DNA of 64,000 bases from Octopus bimaculoides (taxonomy: Eukaryota). Under the pieces are notes generated by a model. It was not told the DNA's origin and searched no databases. It saw nothing but the letters and a program-made list of their open reading frames with translations. The DNA is taken from positions 32,293,300 to 32,357,299 of the forward strand of contig NC_068985.1 of NCBI RefSeq assembly GCF_001194135.2, written 5' to 3'. Position numbers and translations under genes: made by a program. Of the stretch, positions 12,884 to 26,377 are shown piece after piece (position 1 is the first letter of the stretch; the number at the start of each line of letters is the position of its first letter).

Positions 12884-13085
12884 CAGCAGATTCTGCTGCT
12901 TTGGCAAGGATTTCGATGTTTTGTATAAGTACAGGGTCTTCATTAATGAAAGAATGCATAGCTTCATCAAGCTGTTCAGCTAGATCCCTACCTGCCGTAT
13001 CATTTCTTCTTTCAGAATGAGGCAAGTTGGGACTATTAAATGGAGTAGACATGTATGAAGCTGATGAAGACGATTGGAGGACATT
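12884..13085 (-). CDS. PEX19: PEX19 exon 3 (NVLQSS...LDEAMHSFINEDPVLIQNIEILAKAAESA-G)
   Basis: Acceptor TCTTCAG|AAT, donor G|GTAAGT. Resembles the PEX19 EEAMKELAEEEPHLVEQF segment. Confidence 0.92.
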
Positions 13086-13482
13086 CTGAAGATGAAATTA
13101 AACACTACTTTAAGTCATCTTAGAAAGACAAAACAATTTTAATATCAAAGACATTTGGATGTCACAGAATTTATTTTCTGCTTTTAATCTAAAAAAAAAA
13201 AAAAAAAAAAAAAAAAGCTGTACATCTATGAAAAGGACAAAACGTGTAAGTAAAGTTTGCACAATCAATGTTAAGTTTGACCACATGAAATAAGCTCTAA
13301 GTATAAATAAATGGTCAGATAAACAAACCCATAATAATGTAATATTAGGTATAAACATCTGCAGATACAAGGAGTGTGATACAAAAGAAGTAGTAAGATA
13401 AGTACTTTGATTAATCCTGATTTGGAAGAATGGATATACAGATTTGACAGGAGCAGTACTCACTGAAGTAATTGTTTCAAAT

Positions 13483-13685
13483 TTTGGCACAAGGTGAGGA
13501 ATTTTAAAGGGAGGGGGTTAGTCAACTACATTGACCCCAGTGCTCAACTAGCACTTTATTTTATTGACCCCAAAAAGATAAAAGGCAAAGTTGATTGGTG
13601 GAACTTGAACTCAGAATGTAAAGAGCCAGAAGAAATTCCACTAAGCATTTTTCTAATGCTCTAATGATTCTGCCAACTTGCCAAA
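13483..13685 (-). mobile_element. Diverged copy of the same SINE family as 10875-11085
   Basis: Aligns by eye to the reverse complement of 10875-11085. Confidence 0.7.
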
Positions 13686-14799
13686 TTGAGTCTGTGACCT
13701 AGTTTCAATTCCTGGTCGAGCTAATTAATTACAGGTATATCAATAATACAGTTGATACATTATAAAAGAATCACAGTTCCATCCTACACCTATAAAATTG
13801 AAACTTTGTGCCTATATAGGAAGGAAACCAATTTTAGTATAAATACAAGAAACAATTTAATGATGACTTTTTTTATATAATACTTACATAGTAAAATTTG
13901 CAACCTAAACAACATAATTCTTCTGTTAATGAAAACCACTGTCATGCTGTTGACAATCATTTTTTATTGGCAGATCTTGATTGATCCTCTTTCCTCTGCT
14001 TAACTACCTTTGGTTAGCTAAAACTCTCAAATCAGATTTTATACTAAGCTCATTGGCTGAAAGATTTATCACAAATTTAGAACATTTCCTCAATCAATTC
14101 TTAACATTCATCTACACCATGGGCCTCTATCTTAAAATGTTGTTGCTATCTTCTATATATTTTCCAAGCTAATATGAATTAGATAAACACCCAGGGACTG
14201 TTTTCAAAGCCATTATTTTAGCTTCCGTGGTTACATGGTTATAGCTTAATACATAAAACAGAGTTTGTGTGTGTATGCATATGATCCTTATGGACTTGAA
14301 AACTGAGCTGCCGATTTTGACGTATGAGGTATCAAAAGATTTAGTAATCTTTCAGCTTTTGCACAACTCTTTTTTTTACTACAAAAATAACCTCAAAAAT
14401 GACGTCAGGTCACACAATTTCGAGGTCTTTAGCTAAGGAAAGCAACTCTGCCAGACACAATACTCAATTTAACACACACACACACACACATATTAGGTGC
14501 AACAATGACTGTGTGGTTGAGAAGTTTGCTTCCCAACCACATAGTTCCAATTTCAGTCCCTCTGCATGGTACCTTGGGCAAGTGTTTTCTACTATAGCCC
14601 TAGGCCAAGCACAGACTTGTGATTGAATTTGGTAAACAGAAACTGCAGTATTGCTTATCAGAAAATGACCAAAAAACATGTTTATAAAGAAGAGTTGTTT
14701 GTTTCATACTCCTTGTGTGCCAATTCTGCCCATAAGAAAAGAACAAATAATACAATGTGGCAGTAGGTCATAACACCTGGGCACTGCCTGGGTGCATTG

Positions 14800-14836
<37 letters not shown>

Positions 14837-15104
14837 GTGCAAACATGCTATCTTTAAGACATTTTTTTACATTGGTTTGATATTGTTTCATATATTCCTA
14901 TAGTGTATAGGCATAAGTACACATATGGCATGCTTGTGGGGAAAATGTTGGCAAGACATGTAACATGAATGAAGCTTGAACATCATTAATGAAAAATGTA
15001 ATGTAGAGCAATAAAATGAAATACAATTATATAAAAAGAACAGGCATTTATGAAGCAATCAAAAATTACTGCCTAAATACTGCCAATAAATGTTAATATG
15101 TATA

Positions 15105-15178
<74 letters not shown>

Positions 15179-15200
15179 TATAAATAGATAGATAGATATA

Positions 15201-15707
15201 CAGGGTGTTCCAGAGTTAACTATCTATTTCAGTGAAATCAGACAATTTTTTTTAAAAACTCACTTTTATTTATGTTTATCATTTTTAATATATATTAAAA
15301 GTGTATAAACTTTTAATTTCGTTTATATTTTTATAATTTTATTTTCATTCCTGTTGAATCCCACTTATCTGTCCATGACAGTTTTTATTTTTTTGAATTT
15401 AGCTGCAATCATTTTCTCTACCTCCATCCTCAGGCTAGAACAATAGTTTAGCTGAACTTAAAGAATGCATTCAGTTAGTAGTGCAGAAGATAACCCCTGA
15501 AATGCTTCAAAATGTGTTTTGCAATGCTAAGGATAGGTTCAAAATTTGCAGGGATACAGACCACATTGGAAATTTTCAATAAAGTTTTGAATAGGATTTA
15601 TAAATCTATTTGTTTTGGTATCATAATTAAGTAATAAACATAAAATTCTGTCAGTCTTAATTAAAATTTGCCTGATTTCATGAAATAGATAATTCTGGGA
15701 CACCCTG
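15201..15707 (+). mobile_element. Internally deleted Tc1/mariner element
   Basis: TIRs of about 40 bp (CAGGGTGTTCCAGA...GAAATCAGAC and GCCTGATTTC...TCTGGGACACCCTG) flanked by TA on both sides. Internal transposase C-terminal remnant ELKECIQLVVQKITPEMLQNVF. Confidence 0.85.
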
Positions 15708-16010
15708 TATATGTACACACACGCTATGATGCATTTTTAATAGTTAGTAAATGTTACTAAACACAATATCATTGTATATGCTGTTATCCTACTTACATTT
15801 ATGTGTAGTGAAAAGCTGAGCCAATCTCGTTTGCATTATTGTCATCATTTTATTGTCATGAAAGAAGTATATTTTTTGTTTTTATATAACATGCAGTTAT
15901 ATAATTATATATTGATGCATATAAAATGAGAGTGAAGTGTAGCAAGCTGATATGTAGATATATGATAGCAATGTAATCTTAGTATCACTTGTTAAAGCAA
16001 TGAACATATA

Positions 16011-17261
16011 GACAATGAATATACCCCACTGACTCTGTTTTCTCATAACTTCCAGACAAATAGATATTCTTTAATGAAAATTTTTACAAATATGCTGCAG
16101 ATGATGTAGATTTCAGTTATATCAGAATTTGTTGTGACAAAGTATTTTTCAGGAGAGTGGGGAGGGAATTTTCAGAAAATTCACACATGTTGATTTTGTT
16201 TTCTCATAACTTTCAGAAAAATGGGTATCTTTAAATGAAAATTTCTACAAATACTTTTCAGAGCATGTAAATTACAAATATATAAGAATCTGATGTGAAA
16301 AGGAGAATGGTGAGCACACACACATACATACTGGCACATATAATTTTTTTTACAAAATTTCAAGTTTCATTTTGTAGACATATGTGCTACATACCAGTAT
16401 GTATGTATGTTGTCCAACCAGTTCTTATTTTCATATTAAATTCTGCTATAATCGTAATCTACTGCACTCTGAAAATTATTTGTAGAAAATTTCATGGAAA
16501 AAACCCATTTTTCTGATAGTTATGAGAAAATGAAGGCAACTTCAGTGAATTTTTTGAAACTTCTCTCACTATCCTTGTAAAAATATTTTCAGAACAAATT
16601 CCTATAGTATCAGAATCAACAAAATGCACAAAAACTGTAGTCTGGTCATGAAAGATTTGCTCTGGCCGGTTATTGTATATCACTGTGAAAGACCATAACA
16701 AACATACAATTTCTTAAAATTATAATTGAAGATACTTATATTAAAACAATGATTATACATACACAAATGTGCTCCACCAACTTTGTTTCCTCATAACTTC
16801 CAGAAAAATGGGTATTTTTTAACGACATTTTCTACAAATATGCTTTGATTATATCTAAATTTGTTGTGGAAAAAAATGTTTCCGAAGAAATGGGGAGAAA
16901 AGTTTGAGAAAATTAACATAGGCCAGATTTGTTACCTCATAACATTAAAAAAATGAATATTTTAAAATCTACACACACCTTTCAGAGTGTGTAGATTACA
17001 ATTATGTAAGAATTTAATATGAAAATAAAAACTGGTGGGATAGCACACATACATACCAACACACATCATATTTTTTATGGAAAAATTTATTTCTCAACAA
17101 ATTCCAATATAATTGGAATCTACACCATTTGTAGTGTATTTGTAAAAAATTTCATTAAAAAATATCCATTTTTCTGAAAGTCATGAAGAAAGAAATTCAT
17201 TGGGGTACACATGTGTAGATATGCTGTGGCTAATTCTGGCTGGTTACTGTATATCATTGTG
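16011..17261. mobile_element. Two adjacent related non-autonomous DNA elements (16011-16687, 16745-17261) with internal direct and inverted subrepeats
   Basis: A ~55-bp subrepeat (CTCATAACTT..AAAAATGGGTAT..TCTACAAATA) occurs twice forward and once inverted in each unit. The units have similar ends. Superfamily is uncertain. Confidence 0.6.
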
Positions 17262-17505
17262 CATGCGTTACTGAAATAATAAACATATTATTTTAAATAA
17301 TACTCATAGATATACTGGATTATATCAGGATTCTCTCCAGCTTTTGCAGCTCCATCAAAATTCACTATTATGGTTGAAATATTTTGGAAATATTTTGTCA
17401 ATACAATTACCTCATTTGCAGCATCAGAGTCTCTGCCTCCCTGGAATTGAAAGACACTATTTTTACAAATGCTGCATCTTAATCGTATATCTTGCATAAT
17501 TTGCA

Positions 17506-18120
17506 GGATGTGCTGGAAATTTGTGAATACAACTTTAGTAGGCCATACATGGAAGATGACCTAACATATTACATGACATATGTCAAGTTTTAACTTTCTC
17601 ATTTCTATTTCAGGTGTATTGACAGGACAGATTCCTATCTGTCACAAGAAATGAAACAGCATGCAATGCTCATGGATCTAGCTACCAACCAAAGAACTCA
17701 GAGATGACCAGCTTCTTGAATGTGTCCACATCTTTTGTTCAAAGTTGGGAAAGAATTGAAGGCTTCTAGTGAGGACATGTCATCTGTTTCCAAGAGAAAA
17801 ATTCTCAGCAGTCAGATGTTGTCAAAATGGCTGAGTTCATCCAGCAGGACCAGAATATCATTGATGATAACCCTAGTGGATTGATGAGAGTTGCTGTCAG
17901 ATAGATCAAGTCGTCAGAGTCCACTATTAGATGTATGATTAGATACATAGGAGTACTGAGGACAGGAGGTACAAGTCCAACATGATAAGGAGAGGGTATT
18001 TATGTCTGGTAAGATTCAGAACTGATGATCATATAACTCCAACATCATGTGGTTTACCTCTAGTTCTGATTTGAACATCCTGTATTACTGTGGTCTGAGG
18101 CATCATCAAGGATGAGGGCA
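17506..18120 (+). mobile_element. Decayed Tc1/mariner (maT/DD37D-like) transposase fragment
   Basis: Frameshifted remnants resembling KRH..IARFL.V..SFV.KV.KELE, EFIQQ.Q.IIDD.P, YKS..MRRG and W..SS.DLN.L.Y. Confidence 0.6.
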
Positions 18121-18660
18121 ACTAACCAGAGGCTCTGTGATGCCAACGAGGGGGATGCTGTTTTGGGTGAAGTGTGCTACTTGATCCTAGCATGCAGTCA
18201 CTTTTGTGAACATACAGGGTCTGAGGAAAGTTTTGTTGAATGGTCTGTTTCTTTGGTGTATCTAGTTGAATGTGTATATTGATCTTGTAGGAATAAGTTG
18301 TTTTCTTCTGTTTGGTGTCTGATTCTCCTTGTGTTTGTTTTGTTCTTAGTTGCCTGGCACACTCTGTATTCCAACAAAACAAGAACACTATAATTGCTAT
18401 CTAAAATATTAGACTTACATTAATATTTTATTTTCCTTCATCATATGAAGTTACAAATATGAAACTCATGGCATTGCAAATTAGTTGATAGCAGTTAGGA
18501 GCTATGTTAAAAACAATACTTGAATTTTATCATAAGCAAGAATAAAAATTGTGTTGCAAATTCATACTGCCATGGACATATCCCTTACTTTTAATATCAC
18601 TGAGAATCTATTTCTCTTAAAAAAAAATTATAAAACTTCACTTTTAACAAAATAACTTAC

Positions 18661-18779
18661 TTTTAATACTTCAGAAGTAGTTGTGCCAGCAGGTGTTGCT
18701 TGGGTATTGATATCATTATCTGCTAATGCTGAAGTAGCATAGCCAGTATCTGCAGCTGGTTCAAAGTCTTGCAATGCAC
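18661..18779 (-). CDS. PEX19: PEX19 exon 2 (S-ALQDFEPAADTG...TTSEVLK)
   Basis: Acceptor ATATAG|GT GCA TTG CAA GAC TTT completes LLDSALQDF. Donor AAA|GTAAGT. Confidence 0.92.
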
Positions 18780-21159
18780 CTATATTAAATTAAAAGAATA
18801 AATAGAATATCAAGAAATTTTTTAGAGAAAAGAATGTATTCATTAAATAAAAAAATCAAAAGCAACTTCATAAGAAAGAATAATGTAAGATATTTCATTG
18901 ACTTAAATATTTAAAACTTAAGTTATTTAACTTCTTGGTGACCAGTTCTTAGTTTTATTTAATTTCCTAACCTGCTTGTCAAAAACTACACATTCTATTC
19001 CATCAGACACATTTTGCCCATGTGTAAATAGTAAAATAGAACCTTTAATATCATCTTTCTTGGTTGAATTCTTAACATAACTTTGCATTACATATCCTGT
19101 ACTTAAAAATTTTCTCTTTCCATTCTAAATATTTTAAATGTAACTTTTTATATAGAATTTTAAAATTTCATGCAATTTTACGAAATCTCCAAAAGAAAAA
19201 AAAAAAAAAAAGAACCATGTCTTGAATTCAACTTTTTTAATATTAAGAGGAAAAATAATAAGATTAATAACAAATCTTGCTAGTTCATTTCATAGACTTC
19301 AACTCCCCAGTAAGTTACACAGAAAAAAACAACAACAAATAGCAAAAATTAAAAATACGAAGAATATTTCTTTGAGATGAAATCAATACAAAAACAGCAC
19401 GAATTAGAAATTACATTTTGAACTTTTAAACCTAACAATCAGTATTGCTCTTTGCTCATTTACCCTTTTATTAATAAAATGTTTATAAAACTGTTTCTGT
19501 AATCCATTCATTGATTATTTCTTAAAATTAGCCATAATAACCATGCTATGGAATCACAAGATCTAGGAGTTACACTACGGTTATAGCATCAAAAGGAACT
19601 CTTTGGAATCAAATCACAATTATTTTTTGTAATGTACCAGAAGTATTCCCAATATTTTATTGATTGACTCAAAAGAGGTATACACACAAACTCTTTTCAT
19701 GGTTAACATTTGAAACAAGCAGCTCTTAAGAAACCATCTCCTGCATTTTAAGGGCCAGCTGATAGTAAAAAAAAAAAAAAAAATCAATAAACACGATTCC
19801 TTGTAAGTCATATTCCATAAAAAGCTAATAAACTAGTCAGATTTTGTTAATACATGTTATTTGAAATCTATGAGAAATCCTAGTGCAACATTTGAAGTTA
19901 AGTTGCTTTCCTTTTAGAACAAGAAGACCAGACAACTTCATATGATTTCACCAACTTTGGTCAAAATATTCTTAAAACTGATTTTTTAAAGTAAATAAGT
20001 GGAATAAAATAAAGCTGATACAATGAAGATATTACAAAATTTCTCTATCTGGGAGATGTAATTTATATAAATTTTTAAAAATCAAAACAACTGAAATTAT
20101 TTGACAATTAATGACATTTCTGGTTGAGCTATATTTATCAAATATCATAATGTTGAATGAATCAACAGAGTAATACTGCTGTCAACATAATGTTTGCCAT
20201 AAAATAATTCTTTACCTAGTTATTTAAATGGTTGTTTTCATTAATGGAACTTTTTGATGCACTATTCTAGTAACTTAAAGTCACCAGCTATAAAAATATT
20301 TCAAGATAACAAAAATTCTAGAGACATTATTATGTTTGTGAAAGCATCATAAAATACTTCTATTCTCAAAGTAAAATTTCTCTTTCATATTTTATTTGAT
20401 TGTTTTTCATTAGCAGCCACTGGATATTGAAAACAAGTAAAACCTTTTATATGTTTAAAGAAAAAATCTTTATCAGATAAATTCCATAGGTTATGAAAAA
20501 TTCTACAAGTAATCTTTACCAAAAAAAATTTGAAAATTATTGTGACATACTGAAACATATTTATATTCAGAACAATAAAGAAAACAAATTAATTTCTATT
20601 ACTTTATAGTCCAAATAAAAAAAATGCACTCAAAATTTGAAGGAAAAATAGGAATTGATATAGTATGTAAAAACTAAATATTTTAATTTTATCTTTATTT
20701 TTTTCTCCATATCTTGGAATAATATATAAACTACAATAAAATTTCATTGTAGGCACAGGAGACACTGTAGGGTTAAGAAAATTACTTCCCAACATGGTTC
20801 TGGGCTCAGTTCCACTGTGTAGTACCTTGGGCAAGTATATTTACTATAGCGCCAATGTCTTATGAATGGATTTGATAAGCAGAAACTGAAAGAAGCCCTT
20901 CATATATGTATATATGTGTGTGTGTGAGTCAGTGTCTCTTTGCCTTGACATCATGTGATAGATGTAAACAAGTGTTACTGTCGTACAACAGTGTCCTTTA
21001 TTTCCTATCTTCCATGAAAGTGTCTAAATATTGAGAAATATTACCTCACTTGGAAACAGGTTAGGATTGGCAACAGGAAGGGCACCAAACCATAGAAAAT
21101 CTGCCTCAACAAATTCCATCTAACTCATGTGATTATGGAAAAATGAACATTAAAACAAA

Positions 21160-21305
21160 GATGACGATGATGGTGGTGATGATGATGATGGTGGTGGTGA
21201 TGATGATGATGGTGGTGGTGGTGGTGGTGGTGATGATGATGATGAAGATGATGATGGTGGTGGTGGTGGTGGTGGTGGTGGTGATGATGATGATGAAGAT
21301 GATGA
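21160..21305. repeat. Compound (GAT)n/(GGT)n trinucleotide microsatellite
   Basis: Directly visible. It accounts for the M/V-rich spurious ORF. Confidence 0.95.
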
Positions 21306-22599
21306 CAGGCATTTTACATACTGAAAACTGACTGAACTGAATTTATTTCGAAATATTAATCAGAGCATTAAATGAGTCAGTTTTCATTTTAGTAATAAAG
21401 ATAAATTGCAAATGGAAGCAAATGTTTACCTGTGCATGCACATGTATTAAATAAACAAAGAAAACATATGTTAATATTCCATTTATTGTCATAAATCATA
21501 TATTAATCTTATAGATTTTCTACAAAACAGTGAGGAGTCAATAAATTCACATTTTAGACAAAGTGAAATCTACAGAGTACATATGAAAAAGAATATGAAT
21601 TTGGCCTTAGCGAGTCTTGAACCAACAGAACTCCATTGATGACCTGGTGAGATGATGAATAATATATTAGAGGTTCTTAACAACTTTATGCCAGTATGTA
21701 CTGAATTCTGAGAATGCTTTGAATCCAGACACATGTGCACTGTATGTTTTAATTTCACCTTGACTCCATTATATTATGAAATATCTAATTATACCACCTT
21801 AGATTTGCAAGGTGCCACTAATCTTTTTGTAAATATTTATAGTGAAGGGCATTTTCTGAAAAGGTGAGCTATTTAAGGTAACTGGAAAAATTTCACCTTA
21901 CAAGCAACTTACTAGTAATGAAAGCTAATGATGAAAATGTTAAAATTAACAACAAAAATATATTACTCTTAAACATGGTAAGTTATGTATGAATAGGTCA
22001 AGTAACAGCAGTTGAATAGGTAGTTATAAGCATGGGGTGATGTTATAAAGAAACATACTTCTTTAGACAGTGAAAACAAAATAATAATCTGAAACATCCT
22101 ATGTTACATTTGCAATAAAGTTTATTTGACAAGATAAAATGTCAGCCTTAGAATGGAAGGTCATTAAATTTCAGAGTATTGCTGATACTTTAATCAGCAT
22201 TCAATAAAGTTGTAAGCAAACCAGAATCAACACCTGATTGGCTGATAAATTCTCAAAATATAAATTTTCAAAAAGCAAAAATACCAGAGACCCACAAAAT
22301 TATAGGTTATAAGAAACTTGTTAACACCATAAAGGCATTACATTTATTCTCTAACACAGGTTGGTTACACATTCAGAGAACAATAGTATATTACTATAGG
22401 GAGGGAAAAAGTATTAGAATGTAACGTGCAACTATAAAGAGTAACTACTTACGTGATCATAGAAGACAGTAAAAAGAGGGAAATGACTGCTGATCATAAA
22501 ACCAAATGGGGGCAAACTGAATGGAAGAAGGCTGAATTCAAATGAGCTGAGGTTGAAAGATCGAAAGCTTAGATTTTAAAATATGTTAAGGGAAAATGT

Positions 22600-23870
22600 G
22601 AAAATAGTCTTAAAAGACATGCTATATATAACATAATGAAAAATCACAATGTCCTTACAAAGCAAAGAAGAGATGATCAAGAACAGCCGAATTCCCATAA
22701 GAAAAATTTTCCAAGGAGACTCATTATCTATTGCTTAGCATTAACCTCATTAACAAACCTATAAAACAAAACCACCATAGGTTGCAGATGTTAAAAGCAA
22801 ATTATAAACCATCTCTTCTATATGGAAGACTTAAAAAATGTTATCCAGCTGCAAAACCTACTAAAAATTGTTCATGAATTCAGTCAGTGCATAAAAGTGA
22901 GTGTAGAATCTGACAAATGTGCCACAGCTACTACAAGAAAATGCAAAAGAAACTTAAACCAAGAATATTAAAGTGTCCCACGTTTAGAATACATGCACTG
23001 TGTCCCTATGTTTCATAAGAGGTGACTAAACAGGTTGGCAACAGGATAGGCATCCACCTATAAAACTTTGTCTCAGAAAATCTATCCAACTTATTTATAT
23101 CAGCATGGAAAGATAAATGTATGATGATGATGACAATGATTACAATAAAAACAACATAAAAATCAAAGAATTAGACCAGAACAAGCCATACAAATAAAAC
23201 ACTAATAAAATATTTCACACAGAAATGATGGCAGCAAGAGTACTACAGAAGAGTTAGTCATATGTTAAAAACTGAACTCAGTGCCAGAAATAAGATAGTA
23301 GGTATAAATGCACTAGTTATCCAAGTAATGAACTAGAGCTTTGGCATGAAATGGAAGTTAAGAGAATTAAAAAGCTTAGACAGAAGAGCTAGAAAACTAT
23401 ATACAGTATTCTGGAGTCACCAACCCAAAACTGATATATGGGGAATACACCAGCACTGTCCTTAAAGAGAAAAGGTTTAATACAACAGAAAACTAATTCA
23501 AAATAAAAATAGTAGGGCTAGAAAAATACTTACAGTTAAAGAAAAGGAAGCTGATAAATGTTACAAGGAAACATGGACTAAAAAAATCTTTTCTCTACAT
23601 ATTTAAAGAAATGACAAACTGAAAACTAATTACACTGAAATAAAAGATTCAGATAAAGACAAAACAATAGAAAATACTAAAAAACAAACAAAAACAACAA
23701 TTGACAAACTTAGAACAGAACTCCAAATATATTGAATAAAAAAAATTATAAGAAACACCACTCCACTGCAAGGCTCAATACAGAAGAAGTAAATCATAAT
23801 GAATGGTACAAAATCTCTGGTCTAATAGCAGAAACAGTAAGTTTGATTCTAACTGCACAAGACAGGCCTG
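22600..23870 (+). mobile_element. Decayed R4/Dong-like non-LTR retrotransposon RT and post-RT fragment, with an RTE-tail repeat inserted at ~22980-23140
   Basis: Remnants IFQGDSLS, INHLFYMEDLK, DKCA, LKTELSARNKIVGINAL, LDRRARKL..HQPKTD, PLQGSY and SGL.AET..I.TAQD. Confidence 0.65.
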
Positions 23871-23874
23871 GAAT

Positions 23875-25342
23875 CGAAAGGCCTTAGAGTTAATTTAGCT
23901 GAGACCAAAGTCCTTGTATGTAGGAAAATGAACAAATCACAAATCCTTTCACAGAGATGGCCCTGTCTGATATGTAGGAAAGGTGTTGGTAGATCCTCCA
24001 TATGGTGTACCCAGTACACATTGCAGCAGTATCACGGGAAGGTTAACATAAAGTAGTCATTGTGTATGGCAGATGTGCAGCTACAATATAAACACTAAGA
24101 ATGTATAGAAAATCGACTTCCTCAAATGTCTGGGGGATCCTTAGAAACAGTAGATAGCTTCCATTACCTAGGAAACCAAGTTAGCAGTGGAGGAGGAAGT
24201 TCTGAAAGCACAGTTACTAGAATAAGAATAGACTGGGCAAAGTTCAGAGAGCTACTACTTTTGTCTTTCTAAGACTGAAAGACAAATTGTATGATGCCCG
24301 TATATGTACAGCTATGCTACATGGCAGTGAAACATGGGTTATGACTATAGAGGATATGAGAAAGCTTGAAAGAAATGAAGGCTGCATGCTCCACTGGATA
24401 GGTAATGTCAGTGTGCATGTACAACATAGTGTAAATGATTTTGAAAGAAAAACTGTATATGAGGCATCAGTTATAGTGTACAAGAGAGAAGACAGTGCTG
24501 GTATGGTCATGTAATATGTATGAATGAGGACAGCTGCATAAAGAAGTGCCAATCTCTAATTGTAGAGGGAACCTGTGGAAGGGACAGATCCAGGAAGACA
24601 CGGGATGAAGTGGTGAGGAAGTATCTTCAGACATTAGACCTCACAGAGATGACAAAGTTTGCTGTGTTTGAGAAGACAAGTCAACCTAAGTAAAACTGTG
24701 GTTGTCCATACATACAGGTATGTCTTCTACATCCCTCTCTCAGTTGAGAGGTCCTTCTCTTGAGGACTTGGGGTTGCTGGTATCACATAAAAGCACTGCC
24801 ATGTAAAAGTGCCCATGCCAGTGCCATGGAAAAGTGCTTGTACTACATAGAGGCACGTGTGCTGGTGCCACATAAAAGTGCACAGGCTGGTGCCTTTGGA
24901 GATATGCTGTGCTTGAGAAGACCTAGCAAGCCAAGTGAGACCATAAACATGGCCTATGCCAGTGCAGGATAACCAGCCCATTTAAGAGCACCCTTCAATC
25001 ATTGGGCAATAAACTGCGCTTGTGAAGACCTGTTGAGACCAAGTGAAGTCGTTGTCATGGCCGAAGCCAGTGCTGGCTGACTGGTCCCATGCCGGTGGCA
25101 CATAATAAGCAACATTCGAGCGTGGCTGATGCCAGTACCAGCTGACTGGTCCTCATGCCAGTGGCACATAAAAAGCACCCACTACACTCTCAGAGCGGTT
25201 GGCATGAGGAAGGGCATCCAGCTGTAGAAACACTGCCAGATCAGATTTGAGCCTGGTGCAGCCTTCTGGCTCACCAGTCCTCAGTCAAACCATCCAACCC
25301 ATGCCACCATGGAAAGCAGATGTTAAACGACGCTGATGATGA
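23875..25342 (+). mobile_element. RTE-clade LINE 3' fragment with 3' UTR repeat
   Basis: LETVDSFHYLGNQV, RIRIDWAKFREL and YDARICTAMLHGSETW with frameshifts. Same family as 53650-55570. Confidence 0.85.
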
Positions 25343-26276
25343 AGTGTGGCTGTGTGTAAAGAAGTTTGTTTCTCAATTACATGGTTACAGATTCAACCCT
25401 ACTGTGTTGCATCTTGGGCAGGTCTCTTCCACTATAGCCTCGGGCCAACCAAAGCCTTATGTGTAGATTTGGTAGACAAAAAAATAAAGAAGCCTTCTAT
25501 ATATGTATATATCTATATGTGTGTCTATTTGTTCCCCACCACCATTTGACCCCTCGATGCCACTGGTGCTGGTGTGTTTACATCCTCATGACTTAGCAGT
25601 TCAGCAAAAAGAGACTGATAGAATAAGTAACCAGGCTTTAAAATAAAATAAAGACTGAGGTCAATTCGTTCAATTTAAATTCTTTAAGCTAGTGCCCCAA
25701 CATGGTCACAGTCTAATGACTGAAACAAGTAAAAGATCATCATTGTCATCATCATCATCAGCGTCGTTTAACATCTGCTTTCCATGCTGGCATGGGTTGG
25801 ACAGTTTGACTGAGGGCTGGCAAGCCAGAAGGCTGCACCAGGCTCCAATCTGATCTGGCAAAGTTTCTACAGCTGGATGCCCTTCCTAATGCCAACCACT
25901 CTGAGAGTCTAGTGGGTGCTTTTTATGTGCCACTGGCATGGGACCAGTCAACCAGCACTGGCATCAACTACGCTTGAATGGTGCTTTTTACATGCCACTG
26001 GCATGGGTGCCAATCAGGCAGTACTGTCATTGGCCACGACAATGACTTCACTTGACTCAACAGGTCTTTGTAAATGCAGTTTATTGCCCAATGATTGAAG
26101 GGTACTCTTAAATGGGCCGGTTATGCTGCACTGGCATAGGCCACAGTTATGATCTCACCTGGCTTGCTGGTTCTTCTCAAGCACAGCATATCTTCAAAGG
26201 TTTTGGTCACTTATAACCACTGCTGTGAGGCCCAACGTTCAAAACAAGATATATACATACATAGAGAGAGAAAAAA

Positions 26277-26377
<101 letters not shown>

